Source of the DNA: Candidatus Moraniibacteriota bacterium
GTDB lineage: Bacteria > Patescibacteriota > Minisyncoccia > Moranbacterales > GCA-2747515
NCBI GenBank assembly: GCA_002747515.1
Contig: PDPP01000020.1
Span: 1-59,747 of the forward strand
DNA length: 59,747 nucleotides
Direction: 5' to 3'
Position numbers and translations under genes: made by a program. Below the pieces are notes generated by a model. That model made no database searches and was not told the DNA's origin. It was given only the letters and a program-made list of their open reading frames with translations. Of the stretch, positions 39,633 to 48,148 are shown in pieces. Numbering within the stretch: position 1 is the stretch's first letter; every line of letters begins with the position of its first letter.

Positions 39633-41330
39633 ATGAAAAAAATATTTTTCTCTTTTCTTTTCTTCTTCTTTTTTCTTCCAATTTTTGTTTTTGCAGAGGA
39701 AATTTCAGATTATCGTGTGGATATTACAATCAATGAGGATGCGACGATTAATGTGGTAGAAGAAATTCATTATGATTTTGGTGATGCGATGCGACATGGG
39801 ATTTACCGCGATATTCCTGTGAAATATAAGACGGCTGGCAATAATAATCGTTCTATACAGCTCAGAAATATTTCTGTTACAGATCTCGATGGAGAAGTGT
39901 ATGTATATGATGTGTTAAAAGAAGGTCGTAATAAGCGCATCAAAATCGGTGAAGCGCATACATATGTAACAGGAGAGAAAGTATATGTCGTGTCATATTC
40001 CGTAAAAGGGGCGATGAATTATTTTGACACACATGATGAATTGTATTGGAATGTGATCGGTGATCAGTGGACCGTGCCGATTGCACGCGCTACAGTAACG
40101 ATTCATGCGCCGCATATTATCAATCACGCATGCTACTTCGGTGCATATGGTTCCAAGACGCCCTGTGATACTGTGACGCAAGACACGGAAGAACAAATTG
40201 TCATTTCTCAAAAAAATATTACACCAGGTAACAATGTCACAGCGGTAATTGGCATGCCAGCTGGCACAGTGTACAAGCCGAGTGGGTGGGAAAAAGCGCT
40301 AGCGATGGTAATGCAAAACAGCTTGGTATTGTTACCGGTTTTTGTCGGGATTTTTATGTGGCGGAAATGGTATCAGCGTGGACGTGACCCCGAGGGGCGC
40401 GGGTCAGTTGTGCCATATTATAACGCACCACATAATATGTCTCCGGGATATGCTGATGTCATCGTGCACGAAAAAATCAAAAACGCATCAGTCTCTGCGA
40501 TGATTGTGGATTTGGCAGTAAAAGGGTTTGTCACAATTAGACGCATTGATGAAGGTGGCATTTTTTCATCAGCAGATTATGAGATTACCAAAACAGAAAA
40601 AAGCATAGAAGAATCTGACGTGACACCGGATGAAAAGAAACTTTATCACGCGCTTTTTAAATATGGAAATGGCAAAACAATCAAAATTTCACAACTGAAA
40701 GACGTATTTTATACAGATCTCTCACAGGTGAAAAAAATCATTCGTGAAAATATTGTAAGAGATGGATATTATCCAGAAAGTCCCAACTCTGTGCGTATAA
40801 CGTATTTTGCGATAGCAGGATTACTACTTTTTGGACTATTTTTTGTCGGACCGTTCATCGTCCCATTTTTTGGTTCTTTGGGCATTGTAGCAATAGTGTT
40901 ATCTGCCGTGATCATTGGTGTTTTTGGATATTTCATGCCACAAGTGACACGAAAAGGAGCACATATGCGTGAACAATTATCGGGTCTTAAGTTGTATATG
41001 GAAAAAGCAGAAAAAGATCGTATCAATTTTCACAACGCACCGGAAAAAGATCCGAAACAATTTGAAAAATTGTTGCCATATGCGATGGTGTTTGGCGTGG
41101 AGGAACAATGGGCAAAGCAATTTGAAGATATATATGATAGGCAACCGGAATGGTATGAAGGCACGGGAACTTTTGCCCCAGCGGTATTGGCACATGAAAT
41201 GCAAAACTTAAGTTCGGCAGCGGCTAGCACGATGAGTTCAACACCATCTTCAGCAAGTTCCGGTGGATCAGGGTTTAGTGGTGGAGGTGGAGGCGGTGGT
41301 TTTGGTGGTGGAGGTGGAGGCAGTTGGTAA
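39633..41330 (+). CDS. DUF2207 membrane protein
   Basis: RHGIYRDIP, DELYWNVIG, FEKLLPYAMVFGV, Gly-rich tail GGFGGGGGGSW. Confidence 0.92.
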   Translation: MKKIFFSFLFFFFFLPIFVFAEEISDYRVDITINEDATINVVEEIHYDFGDAMRHGIYRDIPVKYKTAGNNNRSIQLRNISVTDLDGEVYVYDVLKEGRNKRIKIGEAHTYVTGEKVYVVSYSVKGAMNYFDTHDELYWNVIGDQWTVPIARATVTIHAPHIINHACYFGAYGSKTPCDTVTQDTEEQIVISQKNITPGNNVTAVIGMPAGTVYKPSGWEKALAMVMQNSLVLLPVFVGIFMWRKWYQRGRDPEGRGSVVPYYNAPHNMSPGYADVIVHEKIKNASVSAMIVDLAVKGFVTIRRIDEGGIFSSADYEITKTEKSIEESDVTPDEKKLYHALFKYGNGKTIKISQLKDVFYTDLSQVKKIIRENIVRDGYYPESPNSVRITYFAIAGLLLFGLFFVGPFIVPFFGSLGIVAIVLSAVIIGVFGYFMPQVTRKGAHMREQLSGLKLYMEKAEKDRINFHNAPEKDPKQFEKLLPYAMVFGVEEQWAKQFEDIYDRQPEWYEGTGTFAPAVLAHEMQNLSSAAASTMSSTPSSASSGGSGFSGGGGGGGFGGGGGGSW

Positions 41331-41389
41331 CTAGTAGATGGTTTTAAGGTTTAGATTTATTTTATTAAATAATCTATAGTACATAAAAA

Positions 41390-41422
41390 TTTGTCATTCT
41401 GAAATAAATTCAGAATGACAAA
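41390..41422. repeat. REP-like palindrome, copy 2
   Basis: TTTGTCATTCTGAA-ATAAA-TTCAGAATGACAAA, 14-bp stem. Confidence 0.6.
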
Positions 41423-41611
41423 AATTTTAGCTTGTGAAATAGGTTTAGGTAATTCAATGATTGTTATTTTTGTGAATGGGTCACGGTATAATTTAGTACT
41501 ATGAATTTAATAGACAAATATTAAAAATTGTGATATAATTTTGATTTCAGTTCATTAACAATAGTGATATTGTTTTTGTGTTTTTCAAACATGCAACAAA
41601 GGAGGAAGTGT

Positions 41612-43543
41612 ATGCAGATAAAAAAAGTATCACAAATGTGGAAATTATCGGCAGTTCTATTATTTTTGGGTTGTGTCAGTATTTTGGGATTTATTTTTGA
41701 TGGGCTGCGCATAACTGCAGATTCGACAAAATACTTAAATACAAAAAATCTTCTCATGATTGAGGTTGCAGACATTGCAGCTATGACAGAAGAAGTGACG
41801 GAACATTTTCTATTAAAGGTGAACTTTGAACGAGAAATTCAGGGGAAAAATTTAATAGAGATTGTGTATAAAGAAGTTGTCGATTCTGATATTATGAAAA
41901 CACGTGTTTTACGGAATCTCACATCAAAAAACCTCATCATTGAATTGAACTATTATGATAGTGGCTTTGGAAAAAAAATTGTTGCCGCTGGGTTTGATAA
42001 ACGTTTGTTCTGGAAAACACATATTGCAAAAAATAGTGAAAGCATAGAAACATTTATTGAGTGGTTTCATGCATTTCAAATGCGATTAAACACTGCATCT
42101 GATCCATATTTTTCCGAAGGAGTTGCGTATTCTGAAGAGCAATTACAGGTTTTACGTTCTTTTGCACCAATATCAGTTGTACTACAAAGAGAACATTTAT
42201 GTAATCTTCGTGAATTTATTGAGAGAGTGCAAAATGAAGAATATTTGTTTCCTAAGGAAAAGAAGGGATTGGATTATTTTATTGAGGAAGTGCATTATTT
42301 AGAAAATACTGCACGAATAACTGAGGTAGAATGGCCTGTGATGTATGCTTGGTACATGTGGCATAAATATAAGCTTAAAATGCTATTTGTTACATATTTA
42401 CCGGTTATTGTGTTGAGCATAATATTAATATTTTTTCTCACTCTCTTATGGTTTTTGTTTAGGTATATCGTGCAAAGAGATTTATGGTATGTGCTTCACA
42501 GTGAATTTCGAAATCACGGCCTAACAATTGATATGAGATTATTTTGGCGTGTGACATTTGTACATTGGCGAATGATTTTGAATCCGCCATCAGAGGATGT
42601 TATGCGACTCACTATCCAAAAAATGTGTGAAAAAATTAAAGAGGAACTTGATCGAAAAAAAATGTGCACCAATGCGAATAAGATATGGAAAGATATCATG
42701 ACGCATGTGGATATTTCGGTTTCTATGGTAGGCACATTGCGGCATTATTATGACTGTGCTACCAACCCTATGTCAGACATTGATTATGCATGGAGAAATC
42801 TTAATTTGCTTGAAAGTAAATTGCGAAATATCCGTAATCGACAGAAAATGCAGGAAAATCAATTGGCTGAAGATGTGTACACAACTCGTGAAAAGCCTAA
42901 GCGCAAAAAAGCACATAGGAAAGATCGAGAATTGGTTAGAGAAGTGAAAAAACTTTTACCAGTAGATTGCGATATGGAGTTGGATTCATGGAGTAATAAT
43001 AATCTACTTTGTTTTATGCGTGCATTGATGACATTGTCTGATATGCATCCGGAAGCAGTTAGTCGATTGATCAATAGGTCAGATTTAAAAAATCTGATGA
43101 TGCGCCGCAATCCATTTATGAATGCGATTGAAACAACTAATCAGAAGATTATTTTTGATCGATTGAATATTGATATTGATTGTGAAAGACAAGATTCTGT
43201 TGAAAAAAGTTTTTCACAATATTTACCATCAGATTTACGTGTGGTCATTGTGGGGTATGGTACAGCTGTCAGTAGGAAAAGGGATTTGGAAAATGCTGTA
43301 CAGGACCTTGGATGTGAAACATGTGAATTCATTGATGCAGCACAAAAAAAGCGAGTGAAATCACTCGTACAATCAATGAAGAGTAATCCAAATATTTTAG
43401 TTGTTCTTACGGTCAGTCACATGAAGCATTCTGTTAGTGCAATGTTTCAACCAGTGATGTCGCAAGTTATTTATACACACAGTCTTTCTGTGAGTAAATT
43501 TAAAAAACAAATCCTTGAAGGATATCAATCCATGAAGGGTTAA
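41612..43543 (+). CDS. Membrane protein with C-terminal DUF2325-like domain
   Basis: Two TM segments around an external region; C-terminal VVIVG...ILVVLTVSHMKHSVS; GGAGG RBS before ATG 41612. Confidence 0.55.
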   Translation: MQIKKVSQMWKLSAVLLFLGCVSILGFIFDGLRITADSTKYLNTKNLLMIEVADIAAMTEEVTEHFLLKVNFEREIQGKNLIEIVYKEVVDSDIMKTRVLRNLTSKNLIIELNYYDSGFGKKIVAAGFDKRLFWKTHIAKNSESIETFIEWFHAFQMRLNTASDPYFSEGVAYSEEQLQVLRSFAPISVVLQREHLCNLREFIERVQNEEYLFPKEKKGLDYFIEEVHYLENTARITEVEWPVMYAWYMWHKYKLKMLFVTYLPVIVLSIILIFFLTLLWFLFRYIVQRDLWYVLHSEFRNHGLTIDMRLFWRVTFVHWRMILNPPSEDVMRLTIQKMCEKIKEELDRKKMCTNANKIWKDIMTHVDISVSMVGTLRHYYDCATNPMSDIDYAWRNLNLLESKLRNIRNRQKMQENQLAEDVYTTREKPKRKKAHRKDRELVREVKKLLPVDCDMELDSWSNNNLLCFMRALMTLSDMHPEAVSRLINRSDLKNLMMRRNPFMNAIETTNQKIIFDRLNIDIDCERQDSVEKSFSQYLPSDLRVVIVGYGTAVSRKRDLENAVQDLGCETCEFIDAAQKKRVKSLVQSMKSNPNILVVLTVSHMKHSVSAMFQPVMSQVIYTHSLSVSKFKKQILEGYQSMKG

Positions 43544-43554
43544 GAGGTAAAGAA

Positions 43555-43594
43555 AAATGCCGATGCATCAATTAGTGCATCGGCATTTATTTTA
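43555..43594. terminator. Terminator between convergent genes
   Basis: AAATGCCGATGCA...TGCATCGGCATTT followed by T-rich run. Confidence 0.7.
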
Positions 43595-43729
43595 TTGCAC
43601 AGACCATAAAAAGGTCTATTTCTTTTTTTGAGTTTTCACATTCGTGGTGAGTGGGCTTTACGAAGAAAGAGCGAGTTCTGTGAAATTTTTCACGGAACTC
43701 GCATGTGTGGCAGTGGATATATTTTTCTG

Positions 43730-44047
43730 TCATGGCAATGCAATAGCAAATATTTCACCAAATGACATGGGTGTTCCGTCAGAAGTGCGGGGCCAATATG
43801 ATAGCGATGCAATGTTTTTGGTATCTTTGATTACATCATAAATTTCTACATATTGTAACGCTTTTTCTCTATCTTTTTTTGTTAATATTCCTGGATTTGC
43901 ACAGCAATGACTGCAAATATGAATATTTTCTCCGATTTTTTCACTTTCACATCCGCCAGATGCTCTAACAGAAGTAATTTGTTCATGGCAGATATTGCAA
44001 ATGTGTACAAAGCACTTTCCAGCATGACCTTTCTTTAGTACTTTCAT
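43730..44047 (-). CDS. Small C4 zinc-finger protein
   Basis: CNIC...ICSHC; AAGGAGG RBS before ATG 44047. Confidence 0.6.
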   Translation of the reverse strand: MKVLKKGHAGKCFVHICNICHEQITSVRASGGCESEKIGENIHICSHCCANPGILTKKDREKALQYVEIYDVIKDTKNIASLSYWPRTSDGTPMSFGEIFAIALP

Positions 44048-44145
44048 AATGTACCTCCTTTTTTTATACCACACTTATCCCACATGACACTATATAAATT
44101 TGAAATAATTTTGTCAATATGTAATAAATATGTCACAATTATTTT

Positions 44146-44772
44146 ATGGATAAAAAACAACAAACACGAAAGATTTTAAAGGAGCTTAAAAAGGAATACA
44201 AAAAAACAGGACCTTTTATTGAATGGTCTACACCGCTGGAGTTACTTGTGGGTACGATTTTGTCAGCACAGTGTACTGATGAACGCGTTAATGCAGTGAC
44301 ACAAAAACTTTTTAAAAAATATACGACTGCGGGGGATTATGCAAAAGCATCAATAAATACTTTGGAAAAAGAGGTGTATTCTACAGGTTTTTATAAAAAT
44401 AAAGCAAAAGCACTTAAAGAAAGTGGTCAGATTATGGTGGATCATTTTGATGGGGAGGTGCCAGACACTTTGGAAGGTTTATTGAAATTGCGAGGTGTTT
44501 CTATTAAAACGGCATACCTTGTCCTGTCAAAAGTGTATGGAAAAAACGTGGGACTTGCTGTGGATACACATGTATTTCGTTTATCAAAACGTATTGGATT
44601 AAGTGATGCAAAAACGCCAGAAAAGATGAGTAAAGAATTAAGTGAAATTGTTGATAAAAAAAATTATCTTTTATGGAATGAATATCTCATTACACATGGA
44701 CGTGCAGTATGTGGGCGAAAACCAAAATGTGATACATGTGTGATAAATGAGCTATGTAAAAAAAATATATAA
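44146..44772 (+). CDS. nth: Endonuclease III
   Basis: LSAQCTDERVN, HhH GVSIKTA, VDTHV, Fe-S cluster cysteines at C-terminus. Confidence 0.96.
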   Translation: MDKKQQTRKILKELKKEYKKTGPFIEWSTPLELLVGTILSAQCTDERVNAVTQKLFKKYTTAGDYAKASINTLEKEVYSTGFYKNKAKALKESGQIMVDHFDGEVPDTLEGLLKLRGVSIKTAYLVLSKVYGKNVGLAVDTHVFRLSKRIGLSDAKTPEKMSKELSEIVDKKNYLLWNEYLITHGRAVCGRKPKCDTCVINELCKKNI

Positions 44773-44778
44773 AATTAT

Positions 44779-44985
44779 ATGGAACAAGAAAAAATTATTG
44801 AAAAACTGAACGCACAAGAAAAAAAGCTTGATGACATTGGTAAAAAGGTACATCGCATGTATATTGTTTTTATTGCAATGGCTATTTTGAGTATTATAAC
44901 ATTTGTTCTTCCGTTGATTGGTTTAATCTTTGTGATTCCTTGGGTAATAAATGTGATTGGAGGTACATATAGTGGATTGTTATGA
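44779..44985 (+). CDS. Small membrane protein
   Basis: 68 aa, coiled coil plus hydrophobic C-terminus; tightly packed between nth and the next gene. Confidence 0.65.
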   Translation: MEQEKIIEKLNAQEKKLDDIGKKVHRMYIVFIAMAILSIITFVLPLIGLIFVIPWVINVIGGTYSGLL

Positions 44986-45722
44986 AAAATAAGTATTGGT
45001 TGAAAAATAAGCCAATTGCACATCGTGGACTATGGACTGAAAATATTCCTGAAAATTCTTTTTTTGCTTTTGAAAATGCTATAGAAAATGGTTGGTCAAT
45101 TGAGCTGGATGTACAAATGACATCTGATGGTAAATTAGTTGTTTTTCATGACTGGAAAATTGATCGTATGACTGATATGAAAGGCAAAATCACAAAAATA
45201 TCATCAAAAAACATTTCGAATGTATATTTAGGAAATACTAAACAAAAAATTCCATTTTTTGTAGATTTGTTGGATTTTGTGGATGGTCGCGTTCCAATTC
45301 TTATTGAAATGAAATATCGTGGATTTAGAAAAAAAACATACATTGAAAATCTTTTTTCAGCACTTGAAGGGTATGAGGGAAAATATGCACTTTCTTCTTT
45401 TAATCCATTTCTCGTAAAACAAGCAAAGGAAAAATTTGGGAATATTTTATGCGGTCAAAATTTTTCTGACTATAAGGAGTCGGGGTTCATTATTGGACGA
45501 TTGAAAAAAGCAAGCGTATATTTTTTGTGGAAGATGAGTTTGCATATTCCAGATTTTATCGTTTGTTGTGCTTCAATGATTCCGAATGCATATATTGAAC
45601 AAATTACAAAGAAAGAGAAGTTGCCATTACTAGTATGGGCGATTAAAGATAAAAAGGAATATATACAAAAAAAACAATATATAGATAATTATATTTTTGA
45701 TCAAAAAATATTTGAGATTTGA
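44982..45722 (+). CDS. Glycerophosphodiester phosphodiesterase
   Basis: IAHRG, PENS, IELDV..TSDG.LVVFHD, IEMK. Confidence 0.92.
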   Translation: MKNKYWLKNKPIAHRGLWTENIPENSFFAFENAIENGWSIELDVQMTSDGKLVVFHDWKIDRMTDMKGKITKISSKNISNVYLGNTKQKIPFFVDLLDFVDGRVPILIEMKYRGFRKKTYIENLFSALEGYEGKYALSSFNPFLVKQAKEKFGNILCGQNFSDYKESGFIIGRLKKASVYFLWKMSLHIPDFIVCCASMIPNAYIEQITKKEKLPLLVWAIKDKKEYIQKKQYIDNYIFDQKIFEI

Positions 45723-45863
45723 AGAAAAATTATTTTTTACACAAAATAAAGATTGGGAAAATGTATTTGATAAAAAAACAGAATTTTGTTTTTATGAATA
45801 AAATTCTGTTTTTACATTTGATAATACAAAAATAGGGATTGTATATTTTTTGGTTTTTTAATA

Positions 45864-46160
45864 TTATTTCACGATATTTTTAATACGTTCAGCTTCTTGT
45901 TCAAGCGTAGGAGATTCTTCGTATTCTCCATGATGTCGTGTATCATCGCCATATGTATGTTTTTTTTGATCGATGTGAAAGCTGACGTGCAAGTCGCGTC
46001 CTTTGAGTGTGACATACATGTGAAATCGCGGATAACCAGCGCGTGCCATGATACGCACAAAACTCATCTCACCTTGGTCAGTGTAATGTTGAAAGGTGTA
46101 CCCAGCACGACGTAGTGCTGTTGTGGGATTTGTTGAGAGATTTTCGATGATAAAACGCAT
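45864..46160 (-). CDS. Hypothetical protein
   Basis: 98-aa ORF with YPRFH, H.DQK and H.GEY motifs. Confidence 0.7.
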   Translation of the reverse strand: MRFIIENLSTNPTTALRRAGYTFQHYTDQGEMSFVRIMARAGYPRFHMYVTLKGRDLHVSFHIDQKKHTYGDDTRHHGEYEESPTLEQEAERIKNIVK

Positions 46161-46263
46161 AATTTTAGTACATATAATGTATTTGACAGTATATCATATA
46201 CCCAGTAGGCATTCAAAGATGTAATATTGAAATTCAGTTTTGACAAAAATTGCGAGTATGATA

Positions 46264-46283
46264 TACTTTATTTAGATAAAGTG
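46264..46283 (+). promoter_or_regulatory. Putative HisR/YerC operator overlapping the yerC promoter
   Basis: Palindrome TACTTTA-TTTAGA-TAAAGTG; overlaps TATACT (46262-46267; TTGACA at 46240-46245) and abuts TGATATAAT (46282-46290). Confidence 0.7.
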
Positions 46284-46298
46284 ATATAATAAAATACA

Positions 46299-46622
46299 GT
46301 GATGAAATGGGACAATAAAAAAACGGAAGAATTGATTAATGTAATTTTGCTTTTGGAAAATAAAAAAGAAGCAAAAACTTTTTTGCGTGATCTTTTGACT
46401 GCTTCTGAAATAGCAGAGTTGAGTAATCGTTGGCGAGCGGCGCAAATGTTATCACAAAAAATTCCTTATACCAAAGTTGAAAAAGAGACGGGGCTTTCTT
46501 CTACGACGGTAGCGCGCGTTTCGCGTTGGTTGCAAAAAGGAAAAGGAGGTTACAAGGCGATGATTACTAAGGTAAATGCACTTCATCATAGCTCTTCCTC
46601 TTTCGAGAAAGGGTTGGATTGA
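46299..46622 (+). CDS. TrpR-like YerC/YecD (HisR-type) repressor
   Basis: FLRDLLTASEIAELSNRW, ETGLSSTTVARVSRWL..G.GGY. Confidence 0.92.
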   Translation: MMKWDNKKTEELINVILLLENKKEAKTFLRDLLTASEIAELSNRWRAAQMLSQKIPYTKVEKETGLSSTTVARVSRWLQKGKGGYKAMITKVNALHHSSSSFEKGLD

Positions 46623-46676
46623 TTGTGTGTAATGATTAGTCAATATAACTCTTTCTCGGTAGAGGAAGAGTTTTTT
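46584..46676 (+). promoter_or_regulatory. Ribosome-coupled transcription attenuator embedded in the yerC 3' end
   Basis: CAT CAT codons, then mutually exclusive hairpins ending in terminator AACTCTTTCTC-GGTA-GAGGAAGAGTT-TTTT. Confidence 0.7.
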
Positions 46677-46777
46677 AATACAGTAACAGAAATCAAAGGG
46701 AAGTGATTTTTCCTACTAGCAAGAAAGATTTATATTGGAAAAAATGTTTATTTTAAACCTAAAAAAGGAGAAGTAAA

Positions 46778-47290
46778 ATGACTATTGAGATTAGAAATGC
46801 AATTGGAATTGAACAATCTGCGCTCGAAAGTTGTGCAAAATTGTATTGTGATATTTGGCGCGAGCCACCATGGAATGAAGATTTTTGGAAAGAGGAGAAT
46901 GTATTGATTGATATGGAAAAGCAGTTGCAAAAGGATGATGCAAGGGCTTATTTCGCGCTTTGTGATGAAAAAGTCGTTGGTTTTACTTGGGGATATATTG
47001 TATCGCCTAATGAGATGAACGTTATTTCAAACACTGATTTTTGGTCAGGAGAGGATCTTTTCTATATCGATGAGTTAGCGGTTAAGAAAGGTTTTCGTTC
47101 CAAGGGATTAGGTAAACAATTAACTCTCCAAATCATTTCAGGCTTAAAACACAACGCGGTTTTGAGAACGGACCAAAAAGCTCAAGCGGCCAGAGAAGTG
47201 TATCGCAATTGCGGATTCTCTGAATTGCCAGTTATTGATGGAGTGCATGCTAGTCGTAGTTATTGGATTAGAAAGCTTAAATTAACCTAA
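46778..47290 (+). CDS. GNAT N-acetyltransferase
   Basis: EPPWNE, YIDELAVKKGFRSKGLG, AREVYRNCGF; AAGGAG RBS. Confidence 0.9.
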   Translation: MTIEIRNAIGIEQSALESCAKLYCDIWREPPWNEDFWKEENVLIDMEKQLQKDDARAYFALCDEKVVGFTWGYIVSPNEMNVISNTDFWSGEDLFYIDELAVKKGFRSKGLGKQLTLQIISGLKHNAVLRTDQKAQAAREVYRNCGFSELPVIDGVHASRSYWIRKLKLT

Positions 47291-47353
47291 ATACCGAGGG
47301 GAGCGAAAAAAATCTCGCTCCCCTAATCACTAAAATAATTTATTTAATGAAAA

Positions 47354-48067
47354 ATGATGAAAAAAATATTAGTTATTATTGCCACACATGGCGATGAAAA
47401 AATTGGCGGAGAAATTGTAAAAATGTTATTGCAGTCATCGTGCAAAAATGACTTTGATTATATAATTGGCAATCCTAGGGCATATGAAAAAAATACTCGC
47501 TTCATTGATGTGGATTTAAATCGGAATTATCCTGGCAGTATTTTTTCTGATTGTTATGAAGTAAAAAGAGCGGCTATTAATATGCAAAAAATACGAGGCT
47601 ATGATTATATTATTGATTTGCATGAGGCTAGCCAAGGTGAAGATGATTTTATTATCGTTCCCAAAAAAACTTTTCCAAAGAAAATTCCTTGGAATATTAT
47701 TGACATGGAAAAAGTGCTTCTGTGGCCTGACCCCACAGGACCATTGGGTGGAGTGGTTGAAAATGCAGTGGAGCTAGAATTTGGCACGAAATCACGTGAT
47801 AGAAAAATGGTAATATCTAAAGGGGCAAGAATTGTGGAAAAATTTATCACAGATGTTAATAGTAATCAGTTGATTGAGAATAAGAAACAGGTAGTTTATC
47901 TGGTTTACGGAAAGATAAAAGTAAAAGATGGAATGAATTTGGAAAAAGAAAATGTGTTACAGGATTTTCAAAAAATTATGTATAGAGGGGAGTTTTTTTA
48001 TCCACTGTTGGTCAATCAGTATCTCAAAGAGGGCATTTTATGCTATAAGATGCAGAAGGAAGTATGA
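47354..48067 (+). CDS. Succinylglutamate desuccinylase/aspartoacylase-family deacylase
   Basis: THGDE, NPRA...RFIDVDLNRNYPG, IDLHE, ELE motifs. Confidence 0.85.
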   Translation: MMKKILVIIATHGDEKIGGEIVKMLLQSSCKNDFDYIIGNPRAYEKNTRFIDVDLNRNYPGSIFSDCYEVKRAAINMQKIRGYDYIIDLHEASQGEDDFIIVPKKTFPKKIPWNIIDMEKVLLWPDPTGPLGGVVENAVELEFGTKSRDRKMVISKGARIVEKFITDVNSNQLIENKKQVVYLVYGKIKVKDGMNLEKENVLQDFQKIMYRGEFFYPLLVNQYLKEGILCYKMQKEV

Positions 48068-48148
48068 TATTTTAGAGCATTCATTTCTTATGGATTAAAA
48101 AGTGTCATTTTCAATATATTTTCGGATAGTTGTCTTATATGCCTACTT

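Noticed and set aside
41260-41330. GGT/GGA/GGC tandem repeat
   Set aside because: Normal Gly-rich tail of DUF2207 proteins.
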